Positions 53,409 through 64,000 of a stretch of 64,000 bases of DNA are shown piece by piece. The DNA comes from Perna viridis. Lineage: Eukaryota. Every line of letters begins with the position of its first letter. Position 1 is the first letter of the stretch. The notes below the pieces were generated by a model, which worked only from the letters and a program-made list of their open reading frames with translations, was not told the DNA's origin and made no database searches. The DNA lies in assembly GCA_037379345.1 (NCBI GenBank), contig CM074511.1, forward strand, positions 1,550,001 to 1,614,000. The letters are read 5' to 3'. The position numbers were made by a program, and so were the translations under genes.

Positions 53409-54787
53409 GTACACAATTCATACCAATACCCATATGGCAAAACCTGTCTCTAACTTTGTCCACAATGTCTGAAATCATGTTAATCTTTCAGCTAGAAACT
53501 GGTTCAGTTATTCTTTTGATATGACCACGAGAAAATTCACATTCATTCAATGATATGGCATTGTTGGTGTTGTCTTTTGACACTTTGTTAAGGCACGATA
53601 GCATTGTTATAAAATGTTCATAGCCAGGTTCCAAACCACAAAAGGAAGGTTAGTATCAATGTTGGCATTATGACGCCATCTGATTTTGAATTAGAAGCCA
53701 AAAACAAGCATAAAATATAGTTTGACTCCAGTGAAAGCATTTAGGTGTATATACTTGTAATATTGCTCTAAAATATTCTATACCACAAAGGTCAGACTTG
53801 GATTGATTCTAGAGGTTAAGACTTTGACATAATGAATGAGGGGCCAGAAACAAGCATTTTGCTGATGTCCAGACAATAAATTGATTATGAATAATTAAAT
53901 CTTTTTAAAATTGCACCAAAGGAAGTCTTGGATTAATTTTAGGGGCTATGATTAGGAATTAGGGGCCAAAAATGGGCCAGTAAAAAGTGTGTTGCTATTG
54001 TTCAGACAATAACTTAAGTAAAAGTGAATGGGTCTCTAAATTGTACCACAAGGTGCCTTACTTCAAAAGGAGATAAGAAATGATGGTGGTGTCTTGAGCC
54101 AATTAAAAATTGTTCAGATTTATGGATGATTACTTGGGTAAAAAGAAATGGATCTCTTTGAAATTGTACCACAAAGTACCATTCCTAAAGGAAGATTGAG
54201 GGTGTGACTGGAACAATTTAGGAATTATTTAGGAAATAGGAGCCAAAAACAGCCATATCCTTATTCCATGTCAAGTATCTAATCACAATCAAAAGTCAAA
54301 GCTGTATCAAGTTTGAATGGAGTGTCCATACTTGCCTCAACTGATCAGGGTTAGACCTCTGCAGTCTGCCCAGGGAAGCATTTTATTTGAGGAATTAAAC
54401 TTTTGTAATTTTATACAACTGACAGTAGATTTACAGACAGTTGCCCTATTTATGGAAATTAATACGTAGATTTCATGTTAATACTATTGAATTGGTTTCA
54501 GTGTCATATTATCACATATTCTAGTAGGACTTGCTTCAAATTTCTTTAGACCACAACCATGGTAAAAAAATGATAAACACATAACCACTTGGTGCAACAC
54601 ATAGGCTGCTACTATTTTATAATTTATAAATATGAAAAAACAGTTCTATTAGAATCGCAATAAATCACAGAAACTCCCATTTTATCTTTGTTTTACCATG
54701 GACTGGCCATTTATGTTGTTAAATGAACTGAATGAGAATGGGACTTATAATGACCCACATTAAATCATCATTTGGATTATTTTAAAG

Positions 54788-54926
54788 TTGTACAGAAGAA
54801 GATTCTTGTTCATTACATTCTGTGGTTCCTCATTGGTTGATTCAAGGATCATGTGCCAAGATGGTGGAGATATTTCCTAAGAATCTTAGTTATGAAACCA
54901 TTAAACTCCATAAAAAACTATCTGAG
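54788..54926 (+). CDS. Plus-strand plexin exon 5 (PSI1 end and IPT1 start)
   Basis: tttaaag|T-CTEEDSCSLHSVVPHWLIQGSCAKMVEIFPKNLSYETIKLHKKLSE|gtatgt; phase 2/0 fits both neighbours and supplies PSI cysteines 6-8. Confidence 0.86.
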
Positions 54927-55395
54927 GTATGTTTGAACTGTACTGTAATAATGATTGAGTGGTATTAAGTTACTTGAAAAGCTTTTGTTAGTGTAAAATG
55001 AAAAAGGAAAGTAACAGTAACGTTAAAGCTTTCCAAACGTAGAATTACAACTTGTATTACGTTATTTGTTGTCTAAATGATATATACAATAAAACCTGTG
55101 TTAACCAAACCCTGATAAATCTAAAAACCTGTCTAAACCAAACCCTGATAAATCTGAAAAACTGTCTAAACCAAACCCTGATATATTTTAAAACCTGTCT
55201 AAACTGAACACTTTAATAAGTCCATTGATGTCAGTGTTTTGACAGGTTTCACAGTAATTGTTTACAGAGGTGTCACATTCACATACTTTTTTTCTCATTT
55301 CTGAGTTATGGAACTTCAATACACCAAAACAAGAAAAGAGAAATGTGTATATCACAAGCTTTAGCATAGCTACATTAACTATGTCTCCTTCACAG

Positions 55396-55570
55396 ATTCA
55401 GTTCAAGCTAGAGACGATAATGTTATCTCCTAATCAGAACAAGAACTCTCTGGACCTACAATGTTCATTTGTCTCCATGAAAACCAAAGCCAAAACAATA
55501 GCTCAGATTAATGAGGGTGTTGTCAAATGTCCTTTACCAGAGGAACTTCCAGTGGTACAGCGTGGTAAGG
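55396..55570 (+). CDS. Plus-strand plexin exon 6 (IPT/TIG)
   Basis: ttcacag|IQFKLETIML...LQCSF...VVKCPLPEELPVVQRGK-G|gtgagt; phase 0/1. Confidence 0.88.
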
Positions 55571-56782
55571 GTGAGTGAATGCTGGGCATACTAAATCCTG
55601 CTTGTAGATGCTTATACTAAAAATGCATAATGTAAAACAGTGAAGTTTTCGGATTGGTTACATACTGTTACCACTTCAGAAGAGGGGGTTCTATTCAAAC
55701 GCCTTGGTATAAGCGAAAATTGTGAAAAAAAAATTTAATTTGAGAAAACTTAACTTTTTGTCAAAATGTTACCAGTTGTTTCATGCATGTAAAATATGAA
55801 CAGCAAAGTTTTTTTTTCATTTCCAGTTTCATGTTTTAAGGTATGGTTAAAAGAAGTAATTGTTTTACATTTACTTTAATTTGTTTTATTAACTAGGAAT
55901 ATTCTGAAACCAAGATAATCTTAAAAGGGTCAGAATTTAGTTATAGGGACTGTGTTTTTTACCAAGTAATACCACTGTATATAAATAATTTCTGTGCAAA
56001 ATTATAAAAAATGTGGAACAAATCTTGCAGTTTAAACCATGACTTTTTTCGTTCCCATTTATTGTATTATCTTCCTAAAACCTACAGGAGAAAAAGGTAA
56101 TAAAACCACAAATGTAGATATCCACATGTAGTCTAAATTATCGTATTATATGTTTTACCCCCCAACAAATATTATAGTATGGTATTGTAGTGCAGTTTTA
56201 TACCTTAGACATAGAGCAAACACCCCTCACCTCTCAAGCCCAGCATTTACATTTCAGAAATATACTTACTTTGTTTTTTTACTAGAAGTTTTGACTAGTT
56301 TGGTCAATCTTTTAGCCATGTTATCATCATGTTTTATTTATTTGAATTTCTATGGGTGTTATAATTCCATTCCGTCACAGTCCTGTACATATCACAATTC
56401 TCGATGATCTAATTGATTTTGTAATTTTTAAAAAATTGTCATGTTTGCATTTTTCTGATAAATTGCTGAAAAAACATTATGCATTGTCATTTTCCTAGGT
56501 AATAATTAGTCTTTATTCCTTACTGCTTATATAATTCCAAAGTGTTTTCTGAAGATTAAAGCTGCCATTATTCTGTTTTCACCCTCATTGAACCAAAAAC
56601 AGTGTTTCCAGTTTGAATGTCTTGGTTGTAACTTGATTGTGATTGGTGGATTGTTTCTCTTCTGATTTTATGCCCTGTATTATTGCAGTGATTTCATTGA
56701 AGATTTATTCATAATGAAAGTTAATTTTCTGAAAAATAAACATTGTGCAGCTTGTTGAAACCTGCATATATTGTTTCCTCAG

Positions 56783-56873
56783 ACTTCCATGATTTACAAG
56801 TAGAGTTCCATATCAGTGGTAAACCAATTGTCAAGAGGAGTGTTCCATTATACGACTGTAGAGTCCATACTAG
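56783..56873 (+). CDS. Plus-strand plexin exon 7 (IPT end and PSI2 start)
   Basis: ttcctcag|AC-FHDLQVEFHISGKPIVKRSVPLYDCRVHT-AG|gtaaga; phase 1/2; plexin-typical YDC. Confidence 0.88.
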
Positions 56874-57985
56874 GTAAGAATTAACTAGGGATACTATCTC
56901 ATTAATCCTTATGTGTTTTACATGCTGTAATAGTATTAATTTTTACGGTACCCAAAAAAATAATTAACCTAAATAAAGTGTTAAAAAAATCATATCTTGG
57001 GTAATATTTTTTTCGTAGCTTTCTGTTCATTATGGTGTTTGGGCATTAAGCTATGAATATTGTCTTAGAATAACAACTTAGTTATAATAACATATCAGTT
57101 GTTCATAACATTGTAAAATATAAGGAAAAATAATATTTTGTGTCTTTAGTTCATTGTAATGACGTCATAATGGTGCTGCAATTTTATGTCATTTATCAAA
57201 AACTGCTGAGAATTGTAAATTTTGATGGTTTTTGTCGAGATATTTACATTTAGAAAACTATGTCCACACCCAAGAAACAGTTTTATATTTTAACATATGA
57301 TAAACTATGTAATAATGAATGTATTCACTAAATATGAAGTTGTTTCTTAGATGTGGACACCATTTTCTTTCCAAAAATATGTCCAGAAAGTGACCAAAAG
57401 TACAAAATTTTACCGAATATCTGAATATTGGTAAACTTCAAGCAATTACTCTGTCCTTTCAATGCAAGAATTATCAAGTCTTTATGTTTTCTCATTTGTG
57501 ATGGATTTAAGTCTGAAAATTCACAATTAAATCATTTAACACTTTATGATTAATTTTCAGTTGAATTTTAGGCCATTAAGACCCTTATCGCCCCTTCTCC
57601 TTATTGCACCACAAAAAGCTAATACATTTGCATCAGTTTGTTTGAAACTTGCAGGACATGAATTACAAGAGAAATTTTCATTTTAAAACACTATCCATCC
57701 AGTTTTAGACTGATTGATTTTAATGTTTTAGTATGATTTTTTATGGAAGATGTTTGTTTTCATCAAAGGAAGCTCTCTTTCATTTTGCACTGTTTCCCAA
57801 TGGTTTGTTTTAGAATTATTGGACTTTCAGAATGATGAAGATTTATGATAATTAGGTGAGAGCAGTGCTTTATATATCAGCTTGGTTTTGATCAAACTTA
57901 TCACTGTTAATGGATGGCCTTTCACCTTGAATGCTTTGAGCCTTTACATTCTTACACTCCTGTTCAGTATCACATCATTTAACAA

Positions 57986-58252
57986 CAAGGTGTTGTTTGA
58001 ATTTAGAATCATTTTGGAATTAAGAAAATGACCAAAAATAAATTTGTAAAACTAACCCTTACTAAGGGGGTTAGTCATGCGGCCATGGCTAAGGGGTAGG
58101 GTTAGTAGGATAACTAAAGTCAAGGAAACTTACTAATCCCCTTTAGTCATGACAGCATGACCAACCCCCTAAGACTAGGGGTAATTTTTATAAATATTTT
58201 TTTCACTTATTTCCTTAAATCCAAAATAATTCCAAATTCAAATAATACCTTG
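57986..58252. mobile_element. Foldback/MITE, nearly fully palindromic (~267 bp)
   Basis: caaggtgttgtttgaattt / aaattcaaataataccttg, with complementarity continuing inward (gggggttagtcatgc / gcatgaccaaccccc). TTAA lies near both ends. Confidence 0.8.
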
Positions 58253-58310
58253 CTTAACTATTTTTAACGAATGACAAAACTATATGTTGATTCAAACTCT
58301 ATATTTACAG

Positions 58311-58404
58311 CTGTACAAACTGTACTAGTTCTAAGTTCTCATGTATGTGGCAGTATATGGATGATACTTGTGTCAGTACAGCAACTAATACAGCATCTAA
58401 ACAG
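58311..58404 (+). CDS. Plus-strand plexin exon 8 (PSI2)
   Basis: tttacag|C-CTNCTSSKFSCMWQYMDDTCVSTATNTASKQ|gtaatt; phase 2/0. Confidence 0.87.
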
Positions 58405-59030
58405 GTAATTAATCTCCATCCCTGTGACACACGCAAACCCCAACCACTCATCCTAACACAGCTTCAAGACAGATAATCGCCCTCCCAGACACACATTCAT
58501 GCACACACACACACACATGCACAAACCCTACCCATAATCCTAACACAGCTTTTAGTCAGGAAATCCCCCTCCCAGACGCACACAGGCCACACCCACTCAT
58601 CCTAACACAGCTTCGATTTAAACAAGTAATTAATCCCTCACTAAAACTTTACTCAGCTCCGAAGGAAGGTTGGTATGATGTATAACTCTTGTTTGTCTAT
58701 CTCTCTCTCTCCTGCTGTCTGTCCATTGCACATTTTTTCATGATAGTTTTTTTCCAACTTTTTTTCACAATCAAAAACAATTCCTGTATGCAGACTGTTT
58801 ATAGACAATATGGTTTTATTTTTTCCTTGTCATAGTTACTTGTTATTTTGACACAAGTTTCATTAAAGTGTGCCATATTGTTGGATTTAATTTTTTTTTT
58901 ATTTTTACAACTTCCTGTTTGTTGCCAATACAAGTTTGGGTGCAGTGTATTGACTTTGGGGTAAGGCTGATAGATTACCTGGAATATGTAGTGGGTCATG
59001 TAGTACATTGTGTTATTTTTGTTCATGCAG

Positions 59031-59147
59031 TCTGGTGTTATAAACCCAGATGAATGTCCAAGAGTGGAAAGTCCTTCCAGTGTATCAGAGATTGTTGTCC
59101 ATTCTGGTGAAAGTAAACAGATAGCTGTCAGGGCAGTCAACTTTAAG
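59031..59147 (+). CDS. Plus-strand plexin exon 9
   Basis: catgcag|SGVINPDECPRVESPSSVSEIVVHSGESKQIAVRAVNFK|gtttgt; 39 codons; phase 0/0. Confidence 0.88.
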
Positions 59148-59565
59148 GTTTGTTTAGTCTTCAATACCAATTTTTATATGATTGCAAAAAATCCTACAGT
59201 GGTATGGCTATATGGTGAAGATTTCACATTCAGGCTCAAATTGCAGCTTATTGTTCATTTAAAATTAAAGCATCGTATACAAAAAAGTTTTCTAGGAAAT
59301 TTAAGTAACAATTACTTCAGAGGTAAATGTTTAAAATTACCTATAGTAATTGGGCTAATAGAGTAATAGTTAATTTGAAACAGCATGATAAGATAATTTG
59401 ACTGGCAGAAAAGTTCACTTGTTATTAAGTCTAAAAAATAGAAAAATATTTCTACGTTAATGTGATAAAAAACTATTATTGATATACTTACACCGATTTA
59501 GTGTTAATGTCCCTGATTTTACTTTACTTTTATTTTCTTTTTTTTTTTGTTTGTTTGTTTTTCAG

Positions 59566-59670
59566 ACAGAACAAAGGAACAATTTACATTGTAGTTTTCA
59601 GTATCAGTCCAAGGTCAATGTTGTACCAGCCAATATCACATCGTCTACACTGACTTGTGAAAAAGTCAAG
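59566..59670 (+). CDS. Plus-strand plexin exon 10 (IPT2)
   Basis: Long polypyrimidine tract, then ttcag|TEQRNNLHCSFQYQSKVNVVPANITSSTLTCEKVK|gtcaga; 35 codons. Confidence 0.88.
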
Positions 59671-60030
59671 GTCAGATATATAACTGTATTAGTTATGATA
59701 AAGTTAGAAAAATCTTTTGTTTAAAAATGATTTTGAACTATATACCATAAGCAGGTGATGTTGAAAAATGACATTTTTAGTTTAGCTTTTTTCCTATTTC
59801 TCTCTTTTACACTTAGTAAATGACAAATTCACAGTTTAAAATTTAGTATTTTTTACATTGTATCTAAAGAAAGGAAATCATTATAAAATTAATTTAGATT
59901 CTGCTCTGTAGATTATCTACCTTTAAGAAAATCAGAAAGCATTGAATGAAAATGGGGGAATGTTCCATTTAAATTGATTTAAGTACTGAAATTACTTATT
60001 ACATTTGATTGACTGTACAATATGTTACAG

Positions 60031-60130
60031 TTTGAGTATAGTGAATCAGGCAGTCCCTCCATTATAGCTAACTTCAAGATAACATGGGGATCTAACAGCT
60101 ATGTTCTTGACAATCCAAATCAAATATCAG
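60031..60130 (+). CDS. Plus-strand plexin exon 11
   Basis: ttacag|FEYSESGSPSIIANFKITWGSNSYVLDNPNQIS-G|gtgagt; plexin 'W......DNP' motif; phase 0/1. Confidence 0.89.
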
Positions 60131-60205
60131 GTGAGTTGGTTGCATCCATCAGCCAAAAACAAGAATAATTTTTGAATCTGTTTTCAGATTATAGACAATC
60201 ATATA

Positions 60206-60673
60206 CAGTCAAACCTCCTTCAGTCGAAGTTGTAGGGACCATGCAAAAATGTTCGAGTTATCCAAGGTTCGAGTGATCCGAGGTCGAGGGTAAACCAGGA
60301 ATACTAGTAATTTCGTCCATGATTGTATCTGTATTTACATCATTTGTTGTGCTTGTACATTTACATGTACTTCACTTTACACGATACTTCGTAATGTCAT
60401 ACGTTTCATATCGGAAATTATTTGTATGTTTTGTAGTATATCGTGTATGAAATACTGAACAGCACCGAGTTTTTTAGTGAAGTTTCCTTTTAATTTTATC
60501 TGTATCAAAAACGTCATAGTCCATAACATGCTGCTTTGTTTGTTCACAATCGGGTGTATCGTCAAACCATGTGCTCTACAATATTACGATAAAATTTCAA
60601 ATTCACTAGCAAAACGAATATAATCATTGAAATACCCTTACTAATCAGAGTTCAACACATCCAGGTTTGACTA
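60206..60673. mobile_element. Tc1/mariner (pogo-like) MITE
   Basis: TA-cagtcaaacct ... aggtttgacta-TA, with a CpG-rich interior. Confidence 0.65.
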
Positions 60674-60689
60674 TAAATTTTCTGTATAT

Positions 60690-61535
60690 ATTTTTATACC
60701 TCCTACAAATGAATTTTAGGGGGTATGTAGGTTTCACCCTGTCTGTCTGTCCCAACCATTTTCTTAGCAGCTTGCTGCATTGTTATGAAACTTTATGTGG
60801 TGTAATATAACCACATAGAGATGTGCATACTGTCAGGAATTAATGTAAGGACAAAAATTGTAGAAATGATGGCTAATAAAATTGGTGTTTTTTCAGCTAA
60901 ACTTGGTCTCATGTATTGTCGGCAACTCCTTCTCAATGACTTGCATGATTGTTATGAAACTGAATGGAGTATTTAAATACCATATTGGAATTTGCATATT
61001 ATTAGGAATATATGTTTGAACAATAATTGTAGAAATGATGGCTATTAAAATTGGTGTTTTTTCAGTAAAACTTGGTCTCATGAATTGTCTGCAACTCTTC
61101 AACGACTTGCAGGATTGTTATGAAACTTAATGAAGTGTTTAATTACCAAATTGGAATTTGCATGTCATCAGGAATATATGTTTGAACAAAAATTGTAGAA
61201 ATGATGACTGTAGGAACTCATCAAAATTTGGTCTGATGTATTGTCCAAAACTTGGTCTGATGTATTGTCCATAACTTGGTCTGATGAATTGACCGTAACT
61301 TGCAGGATGAAATTCAATGGAGTGTTAGATTACAATTTTGGGATGTGCATATTGTCAAGAATTTGTCATATTCTGTTAATGTGATGTCAACTGTTTGAAG
61401 TTTAACAGCAAGTGGTTAGTCTATCCACCATAAAAATTAGGTTCAATATGAGTCATATGTTCACATTCGTCCCCAAATGTACAGGGTTCAATAGGCTGTG
61501 GGGTTATATAGTCACACAGGGATAATTTTTTTCCA
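60690..61535 (+). mobile_element. HINE-like element with a (GTCT)n start and ~170-bp internal repeats
   Basis: ttttatacctcc...gggggtatgtagg...ctgtctgtctgtcc, then repeated 'aattgtagaaatgatggct...aaacttggtctcatg' units. Related elements at ~62070-62510, ~36710-37100 and ~47010-47220. Confidence 0.6.
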
Positions 61536-61717
61536 CTTTATAGCGGAATTCTGCTAATTGAAATCCGGATTTTAAAATCTTTAAAACAGTGTAGTATTGT
61601 AGCTGGGAATCTGTATTTCATATCTTACTTTAGAGTTGTACTACTAAATACTTCTTGATTGTAATTATTAAGTTAGAACATGACCCTATGTACAATATAA
61701 TGAATTACATTTCACAG

Positions 61718-61884
61718 TGAGAATATTCAAATGTGCTTTACTGGTGTTAAACTGTGGACAGTGCCTGAGTCTGCAGCCTGAGTATGAATGTGGTTGGTGT
61801 GGAGATCACTGCTCTCAGCAAAAACAATGCAACAGTAGTTGGCAGGACAGATCAGCTATCTGCAGTAATCCACAGATACTTAGA
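61718..61884 (+). CDS. Plus-strand plexin exon 12 (PSI3)
   Basis: ttcacag|TG-RIFKCALLVLNCGQCLSLQPEYECGWCGDHCSQQKQC...ICSNPQILR|gtaact; eight PSI cysteines; phase 1/0. Confidence 0.92.
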
Positions 61885-62571
61885 GTAACTACAATAAATC
61901 ATGCTTTCCTTCACTTAACAGATGAGTTTGTCACATTTTATCAGAGCAAGGTTACAACCTTATAGATGATGATAATGTTTTTTTTTTTTTTTTTAAAGTC
62001 CTTGACTACTCTTACGAGTGTTGCAAGGAAGGAACCTAATAAGAAATATTTTCTCCCTATATACAGCTTGTATTTTAGACAGCAATCAAATTTTGGGGGT
62101 ATATAGGAATTTCCTTGTCTGTCTGTCAGTTTACACATCTAATCAAACTTCTCATTAGTGCAACCCCCTCCTTAAATATTCAGTAGATTTTGATGTAATT
62201 TTATTGGAATTTTGGGCATCAAATGCAGATTTGCACAAAGGAAGAATATGTTTTACATATATTATAAAAATGCCTGCAAAGATAGATAATGCTTATGGAT
62301 TTAACATGTGAAATACTTTGAAGGCAACACTCTTCCTGAACTGTTCAATGTGTTTTATTGAAATTTGTTTATAAGAAGTTAAACATGGTATGTACATGTA
62401 TTTATATAAGTAATTAATGAGGCATGAGGCAGTATCCAACTTATGGGTAAAGTCCATTTGAAGAAAGGGATATTTTAGTTTTGAGCTTGGTCATAGTATT
62501 CTTAGTTTTATAATAGGAATGAAATGTCATTATTTTCTCAAAACTGGTATAGATTTTTCTTTTTTCTGAAG

Positions 62572-62723
62572 TTTTCACCATCAGTTGGACCAGCAGGAGG
62601 AAAGACAAATGTATCCATTAGTGGTATAAACCTTGGTAAAACAGCAACAGATATTCAATCAGGTGTGACAATAGCTGGAGTTAGATGTACTGTACTACCA
62701 GAACATTATCAACCTTCTTTCAT
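62572..62723 (+). CDS. Plus-strand plexin exon 13 (IPT3); gene continues beyond the window
   Basis: ttctgaag|FSPSVGPAGGKTNVSISGINLG...VTIAGVRCTVLPEHYQPSF-AT|gtaagt; classic IPT 'P..GP..GGT.V.I.G.NLG'. Confidence 0.92.
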
Positions 62724-63292
62724 GTAAGTATTAAGGATGACTGATGAGAATAATATAGCTAGCTTAAGCTGAAGTTAAACAAGTGGCTATAAAAATTCCC
62801 ATGATTTGCCCTTACCATAAGGTTTTGGGTATAAAGATGAATTGGTCTGTATATTATTTGTCTTTCTTGGCATCTATTATTCAAATGATTTGAAGTGTGA
62901 TCATCTATACCCCATGTGAACCTTTGTTCGTCATTATATTCCATGGGAACAGAGTTCAGGGGGTATATAGAAATCACTTTTTTTTTTGTCTGGTCCATTT
63001 CTTCTTTGTTCTGTTGACATAGGCATACCAAATTTGGCGCATGTGATGATGAGTTAGGTACACCTTTGAGCTCAAGTAAAAAATATTGGACTTTAATATT
63101 CATACCATGTATCACCTGATTCTGTCCTTACATGACTTTTCAACATACACAGCCAAATGTGCCACATATGGTAAACATATGGTAATCATTTGATATTTAA
63201 CATGTGATGATTATCTATGTGATTCTCATATGTTAATTTTGGCTTTAAAACATATGGTAATTATATCTGTGAAAAGCACCTGATTATCATAT

Positions 63293-64000
63293 AGTAAGTA
63301 ATTATTTATTATAGTGACATGTGTACAAAATCAAACTAACAAACAATAATTTTAACATGAAATAAGATACACCCGGCCCACTGGACCTATAAGTCACTTA
63401 AATTAGCTTTATCTATATACAATTTCAAGCAAAGTAAAACAACAGAAAAAAAAATCATTTTGAGTAAATGAACTGTCTACGCTTACAATAAGCTTTTAAA
63501 ATAAAATTTGAAGTTTGTCTGGGAAAATATTTCACAAGTTGAATTAACTGTTCACATTTTGGTAAGGTTTTGAAAGTATCAAGTCCATTTATGTTATTGA
63601 CAAGCTCAGTTCTGATATCATTGTAAAAACAACATTCGGTCAAAAAGTGTATTTCATCTTCAATTACATTGTCAGTGTCACACAAACGACATATTCTTTG
63701 ATGTTTGGGTTCACCTACATAGCGGCCTGTTTCGATCCTCAAAGGGAGAATTCCACATCTGAACTGTGCCATCATAGATCTCTCAGATTTCGATAAGTTC
63801 ATTTTGACGTATGGTTCAATTTGGAAGAACGATTTAAACGTTTTGTAAGTCCTCAACTTTGGTGAGTTTTCATTCATATCAAACCACTCATGTGCGTACT
63901 TTTCAACAAGAGAGTCATTTACGGTGTTAAGATCACATACGAGTTTATTACTAAATTGATGATTGAGTCCAATGTCATTCATCACAGACTTTAAATCTGA
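63293..64000 (-). mobile_element. Young LINE (RTEX-like) ORF2 3' end, 3' UTR and (TTAC)n tail; antisense in a plexin intron
   Basis: Open ORF to the window edge with KLRTYKTFK...FRCGILPLRIETGRY...RICRLC...EDEIHFLTECCFY..IR (C-terminal CCHC knuckle). Stop at 63455. Ends AATAAATAATTACTTAC. Confidence 0.85.

Overview
Eukaryotic, AT-rich, intron-rich genomic DNA. It is probably from a bivalve mollusc (inferred from the repeat repertoire and frequent ACATGT/TACATGTA). No prokaryotic features, rRNA, tRNA or CRISPR arrays were seen. The window holds two divergently transcribed plexin genes. (1) A minus-strand Plexin-A-like gene with 3 coding exons (10358-9240, 8840-8652, 359-231) that runs off the left edge. 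(2) A more divergent plus-strand plexin with 13 phase-consistent coding exons (44837-62723; signal peptide, Sema, PSI1-3 and IPT regions) that runs off the right edge. The two genes share intron positions and phases. A CpG-retaining island with an ETS site near 12.85-13.05 kb may be a shared bidirectional promoter. The rest is intron or intergenic DNA containing a decayed Ty3/Gypsy element, three Naiad-like Penelope retroelement relics (one with a recognisable SECIS-like hairpin in its 3' UTR), Helentron-associated (HINE) elements, Tc1/mariner-type non-autonomous elements, foldback elements, a SINE, a BEL integrase fragment, a young LINE 3' end and several minisatellites. All coordinates were counted by hand. 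Family assignments come from recognised motifs, not database searches.
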